From Pirellulales bacterium (GTDB lineage Bacteria; Planctomycetota; Planctomycetia; Pirellulales; UBA1268): DNA of 55,035 bases. The notes under the pieces were generated by a model. That model had not been told where the DNA came from, searched no databases, and worked only from the letters and a program-made list of their open reading frames with translations. The DNA is taken from positions 1 through 55,035 of the forward strand of contig JBILKZ010000005.1 of NCBI GenBank assembly GCA_044376405.1, in the 5' to 3' direction. A program made the position numbers and the translations under genes. Positions 1 to 8,547 of this stretch are shown piece by piece (positions within the stretch are counted from its first letter, which is position 1; every line of letters starts with the position of its first letter).

Positions 1-907
1 AATCGCCCGGTAACAGGAAGAGCAGGATGGCGCCGATCAGGGCGACGACACCCTCCGGAAGCCGCTTTCCCAGCCAGACGCAGAGCGGATGTGACGCCCC
101 CAGCAGTAACAGCAATACGCCCGGCAGGATCCACAAGGCGACCGTGAGGGCGAACGCGGCGGCCACCGATTTCTGCCCAACAGTCCATGGGCCAAGCCGC
201 CTCCGCTCGGCCGCCACGTAGCCGCCGACCCCTTCGAGCCGTTCGACACCCGCTGGAAACATCCGCGCGAGCACCGCGACCGCGATGGTCGCCATGACGG
301 CAACGAGTGGAATGCCGATGGCGCACCAGCCGAGAAAGGAAACCTGGACGCCCACCTGGTCTCGGATGAAGGCAAGCCCGATCAGGTTGGTCGGCGTGCC
401 GATCGGCGTGGCCAGGCCGCCGATCGATGCCGCAAAGGCGACGCAGAGAAACAGGCTCGTGGCGAAGGTCTGGGCCGGCGCTTTCCCATGTTCGCGGGAG
501 GCAGCCTCCACGGCACCGAGGATGCCCGTCACGATCGCCATCATCATGGCGGCCGTGACTGTGTTGGAAATGAAGGCGCTGATGAGCACCGAGACCAACG
601 CCACGGCCGCCAGGATCCGCGTCGGTCGCTCGCCGATCCAGGGCACCGAGAGCACGCCGTAGGCGAGCCGACGGTCGAGGCGGTGCTGCCGGATGCCCTC
701 GGCCAGCAGGAATGACCCGATGAAAAGAAAGATCAGGGGATCGGCGAATGGCCGAAACACCTCCTTGGCCGGCGCCACCCCCGCCACGACACAGAGCACG
801 GCGCCGAGCAGGGACGTGACCGCCAAAGGCAGGGCCTCGGTCACCCAGAGTACGACCACGAGCACGAGGATCGGCGCGAGCGTCAGGGCTTCGGGCGAGA
901 GCGGCAT
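1..907 (-). CDS. DASS/SLC13-family anion:cation symporter, N-terminal ~302 codons (3' end lies beyond the left window edge)
   Basis: Absent from the ORF track because it runs off the window. I reverse-translated about 100 codons from ATG 907-905: MPLSPEALTLAPILVLVVVLWVTEALPLAVTSLLGAVLCVVAGVAPAKEVFRPFADPLIFLFIGSFLLAEGIRQHRLDRRLAYGVLSVPWIGERPTRILAAV... The sequence is hydrophobic with a WxTEAxP-type N-terminal motif typical of divalent-anion:Na+ symporters. The rest of the frame was read only roughly, with no stop noticed. Confidence 0.65.
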   Translation of the reverse strand, partial: MPLSPEALTLAPILVLVVVLWVTEALPLAVTSLLGAVLCVVAGVAPAKEVFRPFADPLIFLFIGSFLLAEGIRQHRLDRRLAYGVLSVPWIGERPTRILAAVALVSVLISAFISNTVTAAMMMAIVTGILGAVEAASREHGKAPAQTFATSLFLCVAFAASIGGLATPIGTPTNLIGLAFIRDQVGVQVSFLGWCAIGIPLVAVMATIAVAVLARMFPAGVERLEGVGGYVAAERRRLGPWTVGQKSVAAAFALTVALWILPGVLLLLLGASHPLCVWLGKRLPEGVVALIGAILLFLLPGD

Positions 908-932
908 GGGATGAATGTACCGTCTCGCCCCA

Positions 933-1266
933 ATACAAGCCCCGAGCGCAAGCGACGGGATACGCCATCCCCCGGCTTGCGCCGGGGGCTTTTATGCGGG
1001 CGCCACCACGTCCCACACGCGATCCCCCGGCTTGCGCCGGGGGCTTTTATGCGCACGCCACCACGTCCCACACGCGATCCCCCGGCTTGCGCCGGGGGCT
1101 TTTATGCGGGCGCCACCACGTCCCACACGCGATCCCCCGGCTTGTGCCGGGGGCTTTTATGCGCACGCCACCACATCCCACACGCGATCCCCCGGCTTGC
1201 GCCGGGGGCTTTTATGCGCACGCACCACCTCGTCCCGATACAAGCCCTGAGCGCAAGCGACGGGAT
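933..1266. repeat. Tandem array of five 55-bp hairpin units flanked by a 29-nt module (REP-like element, locus 1)
   Basis: Hairpin cores start at 969, 1024, 1079, 1134 and 1189, an exact 55-bp period. Each has a perfect 8-bp stem CCCCCGGC-TTGC/TTGT-GCCGGGGG followed by CTTTTATGCG. The module ATACAAGCCC(C/T)GAGCGCAAGCGACGGGAT occurs on both sides (933-961 and 1238-1266). Confidence 0.95.
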
Positions 1267-1320
1267 GTGCCGAGGCGCGCGGCGCGAACCCGCGGCAGGA
1301 CGGCCATGTTTCGCGTGTAT

Positions 1321-4107
1321 TCAGTACGTCTTGCCGAGCGCCGCCTGTGCCGCTGCCAGTCGGGCGACCGGTAGCCTGAACGGCGAGCAGCTTACGTAGT
1401 CGAGCCCGATGTGGTGGCAGAACAGCACCGAGTGGGGATCGCCGCCGTGCTCTCCGCAGATGCCGAGCTTGATGTCTTTCCGCGTCTTGCGACCGCGCTC
1501 GACGGCGATCTGCATCAACTGACCAACGCCGGTGGCGTCGATCGACGCGAACGGGTTCGCCTTGAAGATGCCTTCCTCGGTGTACTTCTGCAGGAACGAC
1601 CCCATGTCGTCTCGGCTCATGCCGAGGCAGGTCTGGGTGAGGTCGTTGGTGCCGAACGAGAAGAACTCGGCCGTCTCCGCGATCTCGTCGGCGGTGAGGG
1701 CACCACGCGGGATCTCGATCATCGTGCCCACGAGATACTTGATCTTCTGTCCGGTTTCCTTCTGCACCAACTCGGCGGCCCGGTGCACGATCTCCACCTG
1801 ATTGTCGAGCTCCTTCTTGAAGCCGACGAGCGGGATCATGATCTCGGGCTTCACCTTGATGCCGGCCTTCTGCACCTTGGCCGCGGCCTCGAAGACCGCA
1901 CGGGCCTGCATCTCCGAGATCTCGGGGTAGCTGACGCCGAGGCGGCAGCCGCGGTGGCCGAGCATCGGATTGAACTCGTGCAAGGCGTGCACGCGAGCCT
2001 TGACCGTATCGATGGGCAGCTTCAGCTTCTTCGCCAAGTCGGCCTGTGCCTTCTCGTCGTGCGGCACGAATTCATGCAGCGGCGGGTCGAGGAAGCGGAT
2101 CGTGGCCGGTCGGCCATCGAGCGCCTTGAAGATGCCTTCGAAGTCGTCCCGCTGGTAGGGGAGCAGCTTGGCGAGTGCCTTGCGGCGGTCGTCCTCGTTC
2201 TCGGCGAGAATCATCTCCCGCATCGCGTCGATGCGGTCGCCCTCGAAGAACATGTGCTCGGTCCGCGTCAGGCCGATGCCCTCGGCACCAAAGGCAATCG
2301 CGTGACGAACCTGCTCCGGGGTGTCGGCATTGGTCCGTATGCCAAGTTTGCGGTACTTGTCGGCGAGCTTCATGATGAAGTCGTAATACTGAAAGACCTC
2401 CGAGTCGGCCGGCTTCATCGTCTTCGCGATCAACACCTGCTTGAGTTCGCTGTCGGCGGTCTTAATGGCACCGGCGAAGACCTCGCCCGTCGAGCCGTTG
2501 ATCGAGATCGCATCGCCTTCCTTGAGCTTCTGACCGGCACAGGTGAGCGTGCCCTTCGCGTAGTCGATCTGGACCGCACCGGCACCGGCGACGCAGACCT
2601 TGCCCATCTGCCGGGCCACGAGCGCTGCATGGCTCGAGACGCCGCCGCGGCTGGTGAGGATGCCCTCGGCGGCGATCATGCCGCGAAGATCCTCGGGGCT
2701 CGTCTCGACGCGGGCGAGCACCACTTTGATGCCCTTGTGGGCCAGTTCCTCGGCCTTGGCGGCCGTGAACACCAGCTGGCCGGTGGCGGCACCGGGACCA
2801 GCGGGCAGGCCCGTGGTCAGAAGCCGGGTGCTCTTCTTGGCGGCGGCATAGTCGGCCCGGTCGAAGATCGGAGCCAAGAGCTGCGAGAGCGCATCGGGAT
2901 CGGCCGACTGGATCGCGTGTTCCGGCGACATGAGCTTCTGCTTCACCATGTCGTGGGCGATCTTCACGTAGGCCAGCGCCGTCCGTTTGCCGTGCCGCGT
3001 CTGCAGCATGTAGAGCTTCTTCTTCTCGACCGTGAACTCGAAGTCCTGCACGTCGCCGAACTTCTTTTCGAGCGTCTGGCGGACCTTCTCCAGCTCCTTG
3101 TAGGTGCCGGAGAACATCGCTTCGTGCTTCATCTCGGCCACGGGCTTGGGCGTCCGCACGCCGGCGACGACGTCCTCGCCCTGGGCGTTGACCAGATATT
3201 CGCCGTAGAAGGTGTCTTCACCGGTGGCAGGGTCGCGAGTGAAGGCCACGCCCGTCGCGCAGTCGTCGCCCATGTTGCCAAACACCATGCTCTGCACGTT
3301 GACGGCGGTGCCCCACTCGTCGGGGATCTTGTACTTGCGGCGGTAGAGGATCGCCCGCTCGTTCATCCAGCTGCCGAAGACGGCGCCAACGGCGCCCATG
3401 AGTTGCTCGAACGGATCCTGCGGGAAGCCCTTGCCGGTCCGCTGCTTGATGAGCGTCAGATACCGCTTGATCAGCTCGCGGAGATGCTCTTCGGTGAGAT
3501 CGGTGTCGTTGTGGACGCCAAGCTGATGCTTGAGCCCCTCCATCGTCTCCTCGAAGGGATCGTGCTCGTTTTCGTGCCGCTTCTGCACTCCCATCACCAC
3601 GTCGCCGTACATCTGGATGAAGCGGCGGTAGGAGTCGTAGGCGAACCGGGGATTGCCGGTGGCGGCGGCGAGACCCTTCACGGTGTCGTCGTTCAGGCCC
3701 AGATTCAGGATCGTGTCCATCATGCCCGGCATGCTGTCACGGGCACCGGAACGAACGCTCACAAGCAGGGCGTTCTTGGGGTCGCCGAACTTCTTGCCCG
3801 TCTCCTTCTCCATGAGCTTCATGGCGGAGGCGACGTCGTCCTCGAGGTCCTTCGGGAACTTCTTGCCGTGCTTGTAGTAGTCGATGCAGACCTGCGTCGT
3901 GATCGTGAAGCCTGGGGGCACAGGCAGGCCGATCTTGGTCATCTGGGCGAGATTGGCCCCCTTGCCGCCGAGCAGGGCCTTCATCGTGCCGTCGCCGTCG
4001 CACTTTTTGGCGCCGAAGTAATAGATCATCTTGCCCGGCTTGCCGCTCTGCTTCCCGCTTTTGGTGGACGCATGCTTGGAGGACTTCTTTCCGTGAGTGG
4101 TGGCCAT
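1321..4107 (-). CDS. ppdK: Pyruvate, phosphate dikinase
   Basis: Track ORF 1321..4206. The family N-terminus is present ([45 protein letters not shown]). The phosphohistidine region ([16 protein letters not shown]) and C-terminal PEP-utilising region (TNDLTQ...CGEHGGDP) are also present. I chose the ATG at 4107 (MATTHGKK...). Alternatives are 4206 or 4029 (MIYYFG). Confidence 0.95.
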   Translation of the reverse strand: MATTHGKKSSKHASTKSGKQSGKPGKMIYYFGAKKCDGDGTMKALLGGKGANLAQMTKIGLPVPPGFTITTQVCIDYYKHGKKFPKDLEDDVASAMKLMEKETGKKFGDPKNALLVSVRSGARDSMPGMMDTILNLGLNDDTVKGLAAATGNPRFAYDSYRRFIQMYGDVVMGVQKRHENEHDPFEETMEGLKHQLGVHNDTDLTEEHLRELIKRYLTLIKQRTGKGFPQDPFEQLMGAVGAVFGSWMNERAILYRRKYKIPDEWGTAVNVQSMVFGNMGDDCATGVAFTRDPATGEDTFYGEYLVNAQGEDVVAGVRTPKPVAEMKHEAMFSGTYKELEKVRQTLEKKFGDVQDFEFTVEKKKLYMLQTRHGKRTALAYVKIAHDMVKQKLMSPEHAIQSADPDALSQLLAPIFDRADYAAAKKSTRLLTTGLPAGPGAATGQLVFTAAKAEELAHKGIKVVLARVETSPEDLRGMIAAEGILTSRGGVSSHAALVARQMGKVCVAGAGAVQIDYAKGTLTCAGQKLKEGDAISINGSTGEVFAGAIKTADSELKQVLIAKTMKPADSEVFQYYDFIMKLADKYRKLGIRTNADTPEQVRHAIAFGAEGIGLTRTEHMFFEGDRIDAMREMILAENEDDRRKALAKLLPYQRDDFEGIFKALDGRPATIRFLDPPLHEFVPHDEKAQADLAKKLKLPIDTVKARVHALHEFNPMLGHRGCRLGVSYPEISEMQARAVFEAAAKVQKAGIKVKPEIMIPLVGFKKELDNQVEIVHRAAELVQKETGQKIKYLVGTMIEIPRGALTADEIAETAEFFSFGTNDLTQTCLGMSRDDMGSFLQKYTEEGIFKANPFASIDATGVGQLMQIAVERGRKTRKDIKLGICGEHGGDPHSVLFCHHIGLDYVSCSPFRLPVARLAAAQAALGKTY

Positions 4108-4287
4108 GGGCTGGTCGAAACCTTTCGTAGCGGGTCGGAGCGGGGAAAATGGATCCGGCGGATCGCACCGGGAAGCGAGGGAAACGCGGCCGCTTTGGGC
4201 CGTCAAACTCGCCAGACTCTAGTTGCGCGGGCGGGTACCGTCAACGAGCGTATTGAGGCGGCACTCACCCCCCCGGGACGCTAGAAT

Positions 4288-6825
4288 ATGGGATCGGGCC
4301 CTGCGTCTCCCCCGCCATCACCGCTGACCGTTACCATGCCGCGACCATCCTGGCCACTCAGCCGCCCCGCCTGCTGGTTGATGGCGGCTCTGGTGGTCCT
4401 CTGCAGTCTGGCCGCATGGCGGGGGGCGGAGGCGGCCCCAGGGACCGACAAAGCCCCCGACTTCACCCGCGACATCCGCCCCATCCTGTCGCATAACTGC
4501 TTCGCGTGCCACGGGCCCGACGAGCACGACCGCCGCGGGGGCCTGCGGCTCGACGACCGCGACGCAGCCACGGCCGAACTCGACAGCGGCAGCCGGGCCA
4601 TCGTCCCCGGCCGTCCGGACGAGAGCGAACTGATCGCCCGAATCCACGAGACCGACCCCGACACGGCCATGCCGCCACCCGAGAGCAACCATGTGCTCAC
4701 AGCGGCCCACAAGGAGACGCTCGCGAAGTGGATCGCCGCCGGCGCCCCCTACTCGCCACACTGGGCCTATGTGCCGCCGCGCGATCATACCCCGCCGGCC
4801 ATCCAGCGGGCCGATTGGCCGATCAACTGGATCGATGCCTTTGTCCTTGGGCGTCTGGAAGCTGAGGGACTGACGCCGGCGGCCGAGGCCGATCCGCGCA
4901 CGCTCCTGCGGAGGGTGACATTCGATCTGACGGGCCTGCCGCCGTCGCCGGCAGAGGTCGACGCCTACCTCGCCGACACCCGTCCTAATAGCTACATGTT
5001 ATTGCTAGACCGACTGCTCGCCTCGCCTGGGCATGCCGAGCGGTTGGCGGCCTGGTGGCTCGATCTCGTTCGCTATGCCGACACGGTCGGCTACCACGGC
5101 GATCAGGACCACAGCATCTCGCCCTATCGCGACTGGGTGATCAAGGCGTTTCTCGACAACATGCCGTTCGACCGGTTCACCGTGCTTCAACTCGCGGGCG
5201 ATCTCGTTGGCCCCGCCGGCAATGAACACACCGATGATCCGGTGCTCGCCAGTGCCTACAACCGGCTGCTGCAGACGACGCATGAAGGGGGACTGCAGCT
5301 GAAGGAGTATCGCGCGATCTACCAGGCCGACCGGATCCGTAACGTGTCGGGCGTGTGGATGGGGGCGACCGTCGGCTGCGCGCAGTGCCACGACCACAAG
5401 TATGACCCCTACACGGCCAAAGACTTCCACACGCTCGGCGCTTTCTTCGCCGACATCGACGACGAAAAGCATATGCAGAGGGGGGGTTTCGGCGGCCAGA
5501 ACCTCAACGCGCTGCCAACGAAGCGGGATCCCGAGGTGACGATCGTCGGCCCGTTCGACCGCACCAGGGCCTCCGAACTCGATGCCCTGATCCACTCGCT
5601 CGAAACCCAGCTGTCGCCGCTCGTGTTGCCACCGCGGGCCCAGCCCGAGGAGCCCGAAACTGAAAGCGTGGTCGCCAACCGCATCGAGCTCGATCGTCTG
5701 AAGTCGCAGCGAAAGCAGCTCGACCGGTCGTTGATGATCACCAGGCCGCTCGCGAAGCCACGCGACGTCCGCATCCTGCCCCGCGGCAACTGGATGGACG
5801 AGACCGGGCCGCTCGTCGAGCCGGCGGTTCCCGCCTTTCTCGGGAGCATCGGCGCACAAGGCAGGCCCAGCCGCGCCGATCTGGCCCGCTGGCTGGTCAC
5901 GCCTGTCGCCACCGGCGGCGCCGGTGACTTCACCGCCCGCGTGACCGCCAACCGGATCTGGGCCTTGTTCTTCGGCGCCGGGCTCTGCCGCAGCGCCGGC
6001 GACCTCGGTGGCCAGGGGGAACTGCCCGATCATCCCGAAGTGCTCGACCGCCTGGCACTCGAATTCTTGCGACAGGGGTGGGACGTGCGAAAGCTCATCC
6101 GCACGATCGTGACGAGCCGCACCTACCGCATGGCATCCACTGCTCCGGCCGACCTCCTCGCCCGCGATCCCGACAATCGGCTGCTTGCCCGGCAGGGCCG
6201 CTGGAGGCTGCCAGCCGAGGGCGTGCGCGACACGGCCCTCTTTGCCGGAGGGCTATTGGTTGAGCAACTCGGTGGCGCGAGCGTGCATCCCTACCAGCCG
6301 GCGGGCTACTACCGGCACTTGAACTTTCCGCAGCGGGAATACAAGGCCGATATCGACAGCCGCCAGTGGCGTCGCGGGCTCTACGTCCACTGGCAGAGGA
6401 TGTTTCTCCATCCGCAATTGCTCGCGTTCGACGCGCCCACCCGCGAGGAGTGCACCGCCGCCCGCATGAAGTCCAACACCCCGAAGGCCGCGCTCGTGCT
6501 GCTCAACGATCCGACTTTCATCGAGGCGGCGAGAAAACTCGCGGAACGCGCTGTCACGTCGGGCGGCACCGGCGACGACGAGCGGATCACGTTCCTCTGG
6601 AACAACGCGCTCTCCCGGCCGCCTTCGCCTGAGGAACTGGCTCTCGTGAAGGGCTTGCTCGATCGCCGCCGCGCCGAGTTCAAGGCCGATCCGAAAGCGG
6701 CGACCGAACTCCTCGCCGTCGGCATCGCGCCGCGCGACACGTCCTTGAACGAACCCGAACTTGCCGCGTGGACCGCCGCAGCCCGCGCCGTGCTCAACCT
6801 CCACGAGGCCATTTCGCGATACTAG
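4288..6825 (+). CDS. Planctomycete cytochrome-c domain / DUF1549 / DUF1553 protein (PSD1-type)
   Basis: FTRDIRPILSHNCFACHGPDEHDRRGGLRLD is a PSCyt-type CxxCH motif. WIDAFVLGRLEAEGLTPAAEADPRTLLRRVTFDLTGLPPSPAEV is DUF1549-like. CAQCHDHKYDPYTAKDFHTLGAFF is DUF1553-like. An alternative start at 4336 (MPRPSWPL...) immediately precedes a signal-peptide-like stretch. Confidence 0.9.
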   Translation: MGSGPASPPPSPLTVTMPRPSWPLSRPACWLMAALVVLCSLAAWRGAEAAPGTDKAPDFTRDIRPILSHNCFACHGPDEHDRRGGLRLDDRDAATAELDSGSRAIVPGRPDESELIARIHETDPDTAMPPPESNHVLTAAHKETLAKWIAAGAPYSPHWAYVPPRDHTPPAIQRADWPINWIDAFVLGRLEAEGLTPAAEADPRTLLRRVTFDLTGLPPSPAEVDAYLADTRPNSYMLLLDRLLASPGHAERLAAWWLDLVRYADTVGYHGDQDHSISPYRDWVIKAFLDNMPFDRFTVLQLAGDLVGPAGNEHTDDPVLASAYNRLLQTTHEGGLQLKEYRAIYQADRIRNVSGVWMGATVGCAQCHDHKYDPYTAKDFHTLGAFFADIDDEKHMQRGGFGGQNLNALPTKRDPEVTIVGPFDRTRASELDALIHSLETQLSPLVLPPRAQPEEPETESVVANRIELDRLKSQRKQLDRSLMITRPLAKPRDVRILPRGNWMDETGPLVEPAVPAFLGSIGAQGRPSRADLARWLVTPVATGGAGDFTARVTANRIWALFFGAGLCRSAGDLGGQGELPDHPEVLDRLALEFLRQGWDVRKLIRTIVTSRTYRMASTAPADLLARDPDNRLLARQGRWRLPAEGVRDTALFAGGLLVEQLGGASVHPYQPAGYYRHLNFPQREYKADIDSRQWRRGLYVHWQRMFLHPQLLAFDAPTREECTAARMKSNTPKAALVLLNDPTFIEAARKLAERAVTSGGTGDDERITFLWNNALSRPPSPEELALVKGLLDRRRAEFKADPKAATELLAVGIAPRDTSLNEPELAAWTAAARAVLNLHEAISRY

Positions 6826-6827
6826 CC

Positions 6828-8282
6828 ATGCACGACCCACTCACGATCCATCGCCGCACGTTCCTCGCCCGCTCGGGCCTCTCGCTCGGCGGTGCCGCGC
6901 TCTCCGGTCTGCTGGCCCGCGATGGGCTGGCGGCGGCGATCTCGGCCGCCGCCCGTACGGGCGGTGCAGCCGACCGGTATCTGGGCGCGGTCTCTCCGCT
7001 TCACCACCCGCCCAGGGCGAAGTCGGTGATCTTCCTCTGCCTCGCAGGCGGCCCGAGCCACCTGGAAACCTTCGACTATAAGCCGGTGCTCGAAAAGCTC
7101 GATGGCCAAGAGATGCCGGAGAGCGTGACGGCCGGCCAGCCGATCGCCCAGTTGCAGGGGCAGAAGCTCATCTGCCTGGGACCGCGAACGACCTTTACGC
7201 CGCGCGGCGCGAGCGGCACGCCCGTCAGCGATTTCTTTCCAGTGCTCGGCGGCCTGGTCGACAAGCTTGCAATCGTGCGAAGCATGGTGACCGAGCAGAT
7301 CAACCACGATCCCGCCCACACCTTCATGAACTGCGGCACCGCCCTCTCCGGCCGACCGAGCATGGGAGCCTGGGTGACCTATGGCCTCGGCAGCGAGGCC
7401 GATGACCTGCCAGGCTTCGTTGTCATGACGAGCAAGATGGGCCGCAATCCGCAGCCGATCGCGGCGAGGCAATGGCACTCGGGATTTCTACCGGGACAGT
7501 TCCAAGGGGTCGAGTTCGCCACCTCCGGGGCCCCTGTGCACTATGTCGACAATCCACCAGGCGTATCGAATGCCCACCAGCGGGACTTGATCGACACGGT
7601 CGCCGCGCTCGAACAGCATCGCCTCGTCACGCTGGCCGATCCCGAGATCGCGACTCGCGTGAAGCAGTACGAACTCGCATTCAAGATGCAGGCGAGCGTG
7701 CCGCAGCTCGCCGATCTCTCCGACGAGACGGCGGAAACGCTCGCCCTCTACGGCGCCGAGCCCGGCAAGGCGACCATCGGAACCAACTGCCTGATGGCAC
7801 GGCGGCTCGTGGAGCGTGGCGTGCGGTTCGTGCACCTCTACCACAGCGACTGGGACCACCACGGCGACATCGACAAATACATGAAAGAGATCTGTCCCCC
7901 GACCGATCGGGCGGCGGCGGCCTTGCTTGTCGATCTCGAACGCCGCGGCCTGCTCGATGAGACGCTCGTCGTGATCGGGGGCGAGTTCGGACGGACGCCG
8001 ATGGGGCAGGGGGGCAAGGGCACGATCGGCCGCGACCACCACATCAAGGGCTTCAGCATGGCCCTGGCGGGCGGGGGCATCAAAGGCGGCATCGTCCACG
8101 GCGCCACCGACGACTTCGGCTACAACGCCATTCAGGACGTCGTGCATGTCCGCGACCTGCACGCCACGATGCTCCATCTCCTCGGCATCGACCATGCCAG
8201 GTTCACGGTCGAATACCAGGGCCTCGATTCGAAGCTCACCGGCGTCGAGCCGGCGAAGCCGGTGAAGGCACTGTTTTCCTGA
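6828..8282 (+). CDS. DUF1501 (sulfatase-fold) protein with twin-arginine signal
   Basis: Trimmed from track ORF 6768..8282 to ATG 6828, 2 nt after the upstream TAG (6823-6825). The N-terminus is MHDPLTIHRRTFLARSGLSLGGAALSGLLA (Tat-like). DUF1501-like body: HLETFDYKP, NHDPAHTFMNCG, DHHGDI, GGEFGRTP, GRDHH. This is the classic partner of the DUF1553 gene upstream. Confidence 0.9.
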   Translation: MHDPLTIHRRTFLARSGLSLGGAALSGLLARDGLAAAISAAARTGGAADRYLGAVSPLHHPPRAKSVIFLCLAGGPSHLETFDYKPVLEKLDGQEMPESVTAGQPIAQLQGQKLICLGPRTTFTPRGASGTPVSDFFPVLGGLVDKLAIVRSMVTEQINHDPAHTFMNCGTALSGRPSMGAWVTYGLGSEADDLPGFVVMTSKMGRNPQPIAARQWHSGFLPGQFQGVEFATSGAPVHYVDNPPGVSNAHQRDLIDTVAALEQHRLVTLADPEIATRVKQYELAFKMQASVPQLADLSDETAETLALYGAEPGKATIGTNCLMARRLVERGVRFVHLYHSDWDHHGDIDKYMKEICPPTDRAAAALLVDLERRGLLDETLVVIGGEFGRTPMGQGGKGTIGRDHHIKGFSMALAGGGIKGGIVHGATDDFGYNAIQDVVHVRDLHATMLHLLGIDHARFTVEYQGLDSKLTGVEPAKPVKALFS

Positions 8283-8321
8283 CGTGATGCACGTCCCATC
8301 GCAGGACCGTGTCCACCGGCT

Positions 8322-8445
8322 GAATCCCCCGGCTCGCGCCGGGGGCTTGTATGGGAGCGCATATCCCCCGGCTCGCGCCGGGGGATTGTATGGGAGCGCA
8401 TATCCCCCGGCTCGCGCCGGGGGCTTGTATGGGATTCGGAATCAT
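8322..8445. repeat. Tandem array of three 39-bp hairpin units (REP-like element, locus 2)
   Basis: Cores CCCCCGGCTCGCGCCGGGGG start at 8326, 8365 and 8404. The unit is ATCCCCCGGCTCGCGCCGGGGGCTTGTATGGGAGCGCAT. The array lies 40 nt downstream of the DUF1501 stop codon. Confidence 0.95.
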
Positions 8446-8547
8446 CCGTGAGGGGCTGGCCGGGCACCGATCCGTCTAAGCGGATTGGTCGACGAAGCGA
8501 ACGTCCGGCGATGGGGTCCGGTCAGCCCCGAACCGCCACCGTCCGCT

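Noticed and set aside
933-1266. Possible CRISPR arrays at 933-1266, 8322-8445 and 54817-55035
   Set aside because: The sequence between the palindromic cores is itself repeated almost identically, so there are no unique spacers. Periods are 55, 39 and 77 bp with the whole unit conserved, and no cas genes are in the window. They are better described as REP-like tandem arrays.
1411-4284. 957-aa ORF on the plus strand, plus many similar long ORFs (e.g. 33579..36299 -, 5005..6033 -, 10183..11703 +, 18199..19212 -, 18879..20495 +, 20498..22648 -, 26005..27090 -, 48583..49584 -, 52454..53566 -, 40889..41779 -)
   Set aside because: They lie antisense to, or out of frame with, genes that have clear family signatures. 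Their translations are Arg/Gly/Pro/His/Asp-rich low-complexity strings typical of stop-poor alternative frames in high-GC DNA. No motifs were recognised.
8132-8467. ORFs translating to PGASRG / SPRREPGD-type peptides over the repeat loci (e.g. 915..1250 +, 994..1374 +, 8132..8467 -, 8236..8445 -, 54754..54948 -, 54843..55025 -)
   Set aside because: These reading frames exist only because the hairpin repeat lacks stops. The same peptide appears on both strands and at all loci.
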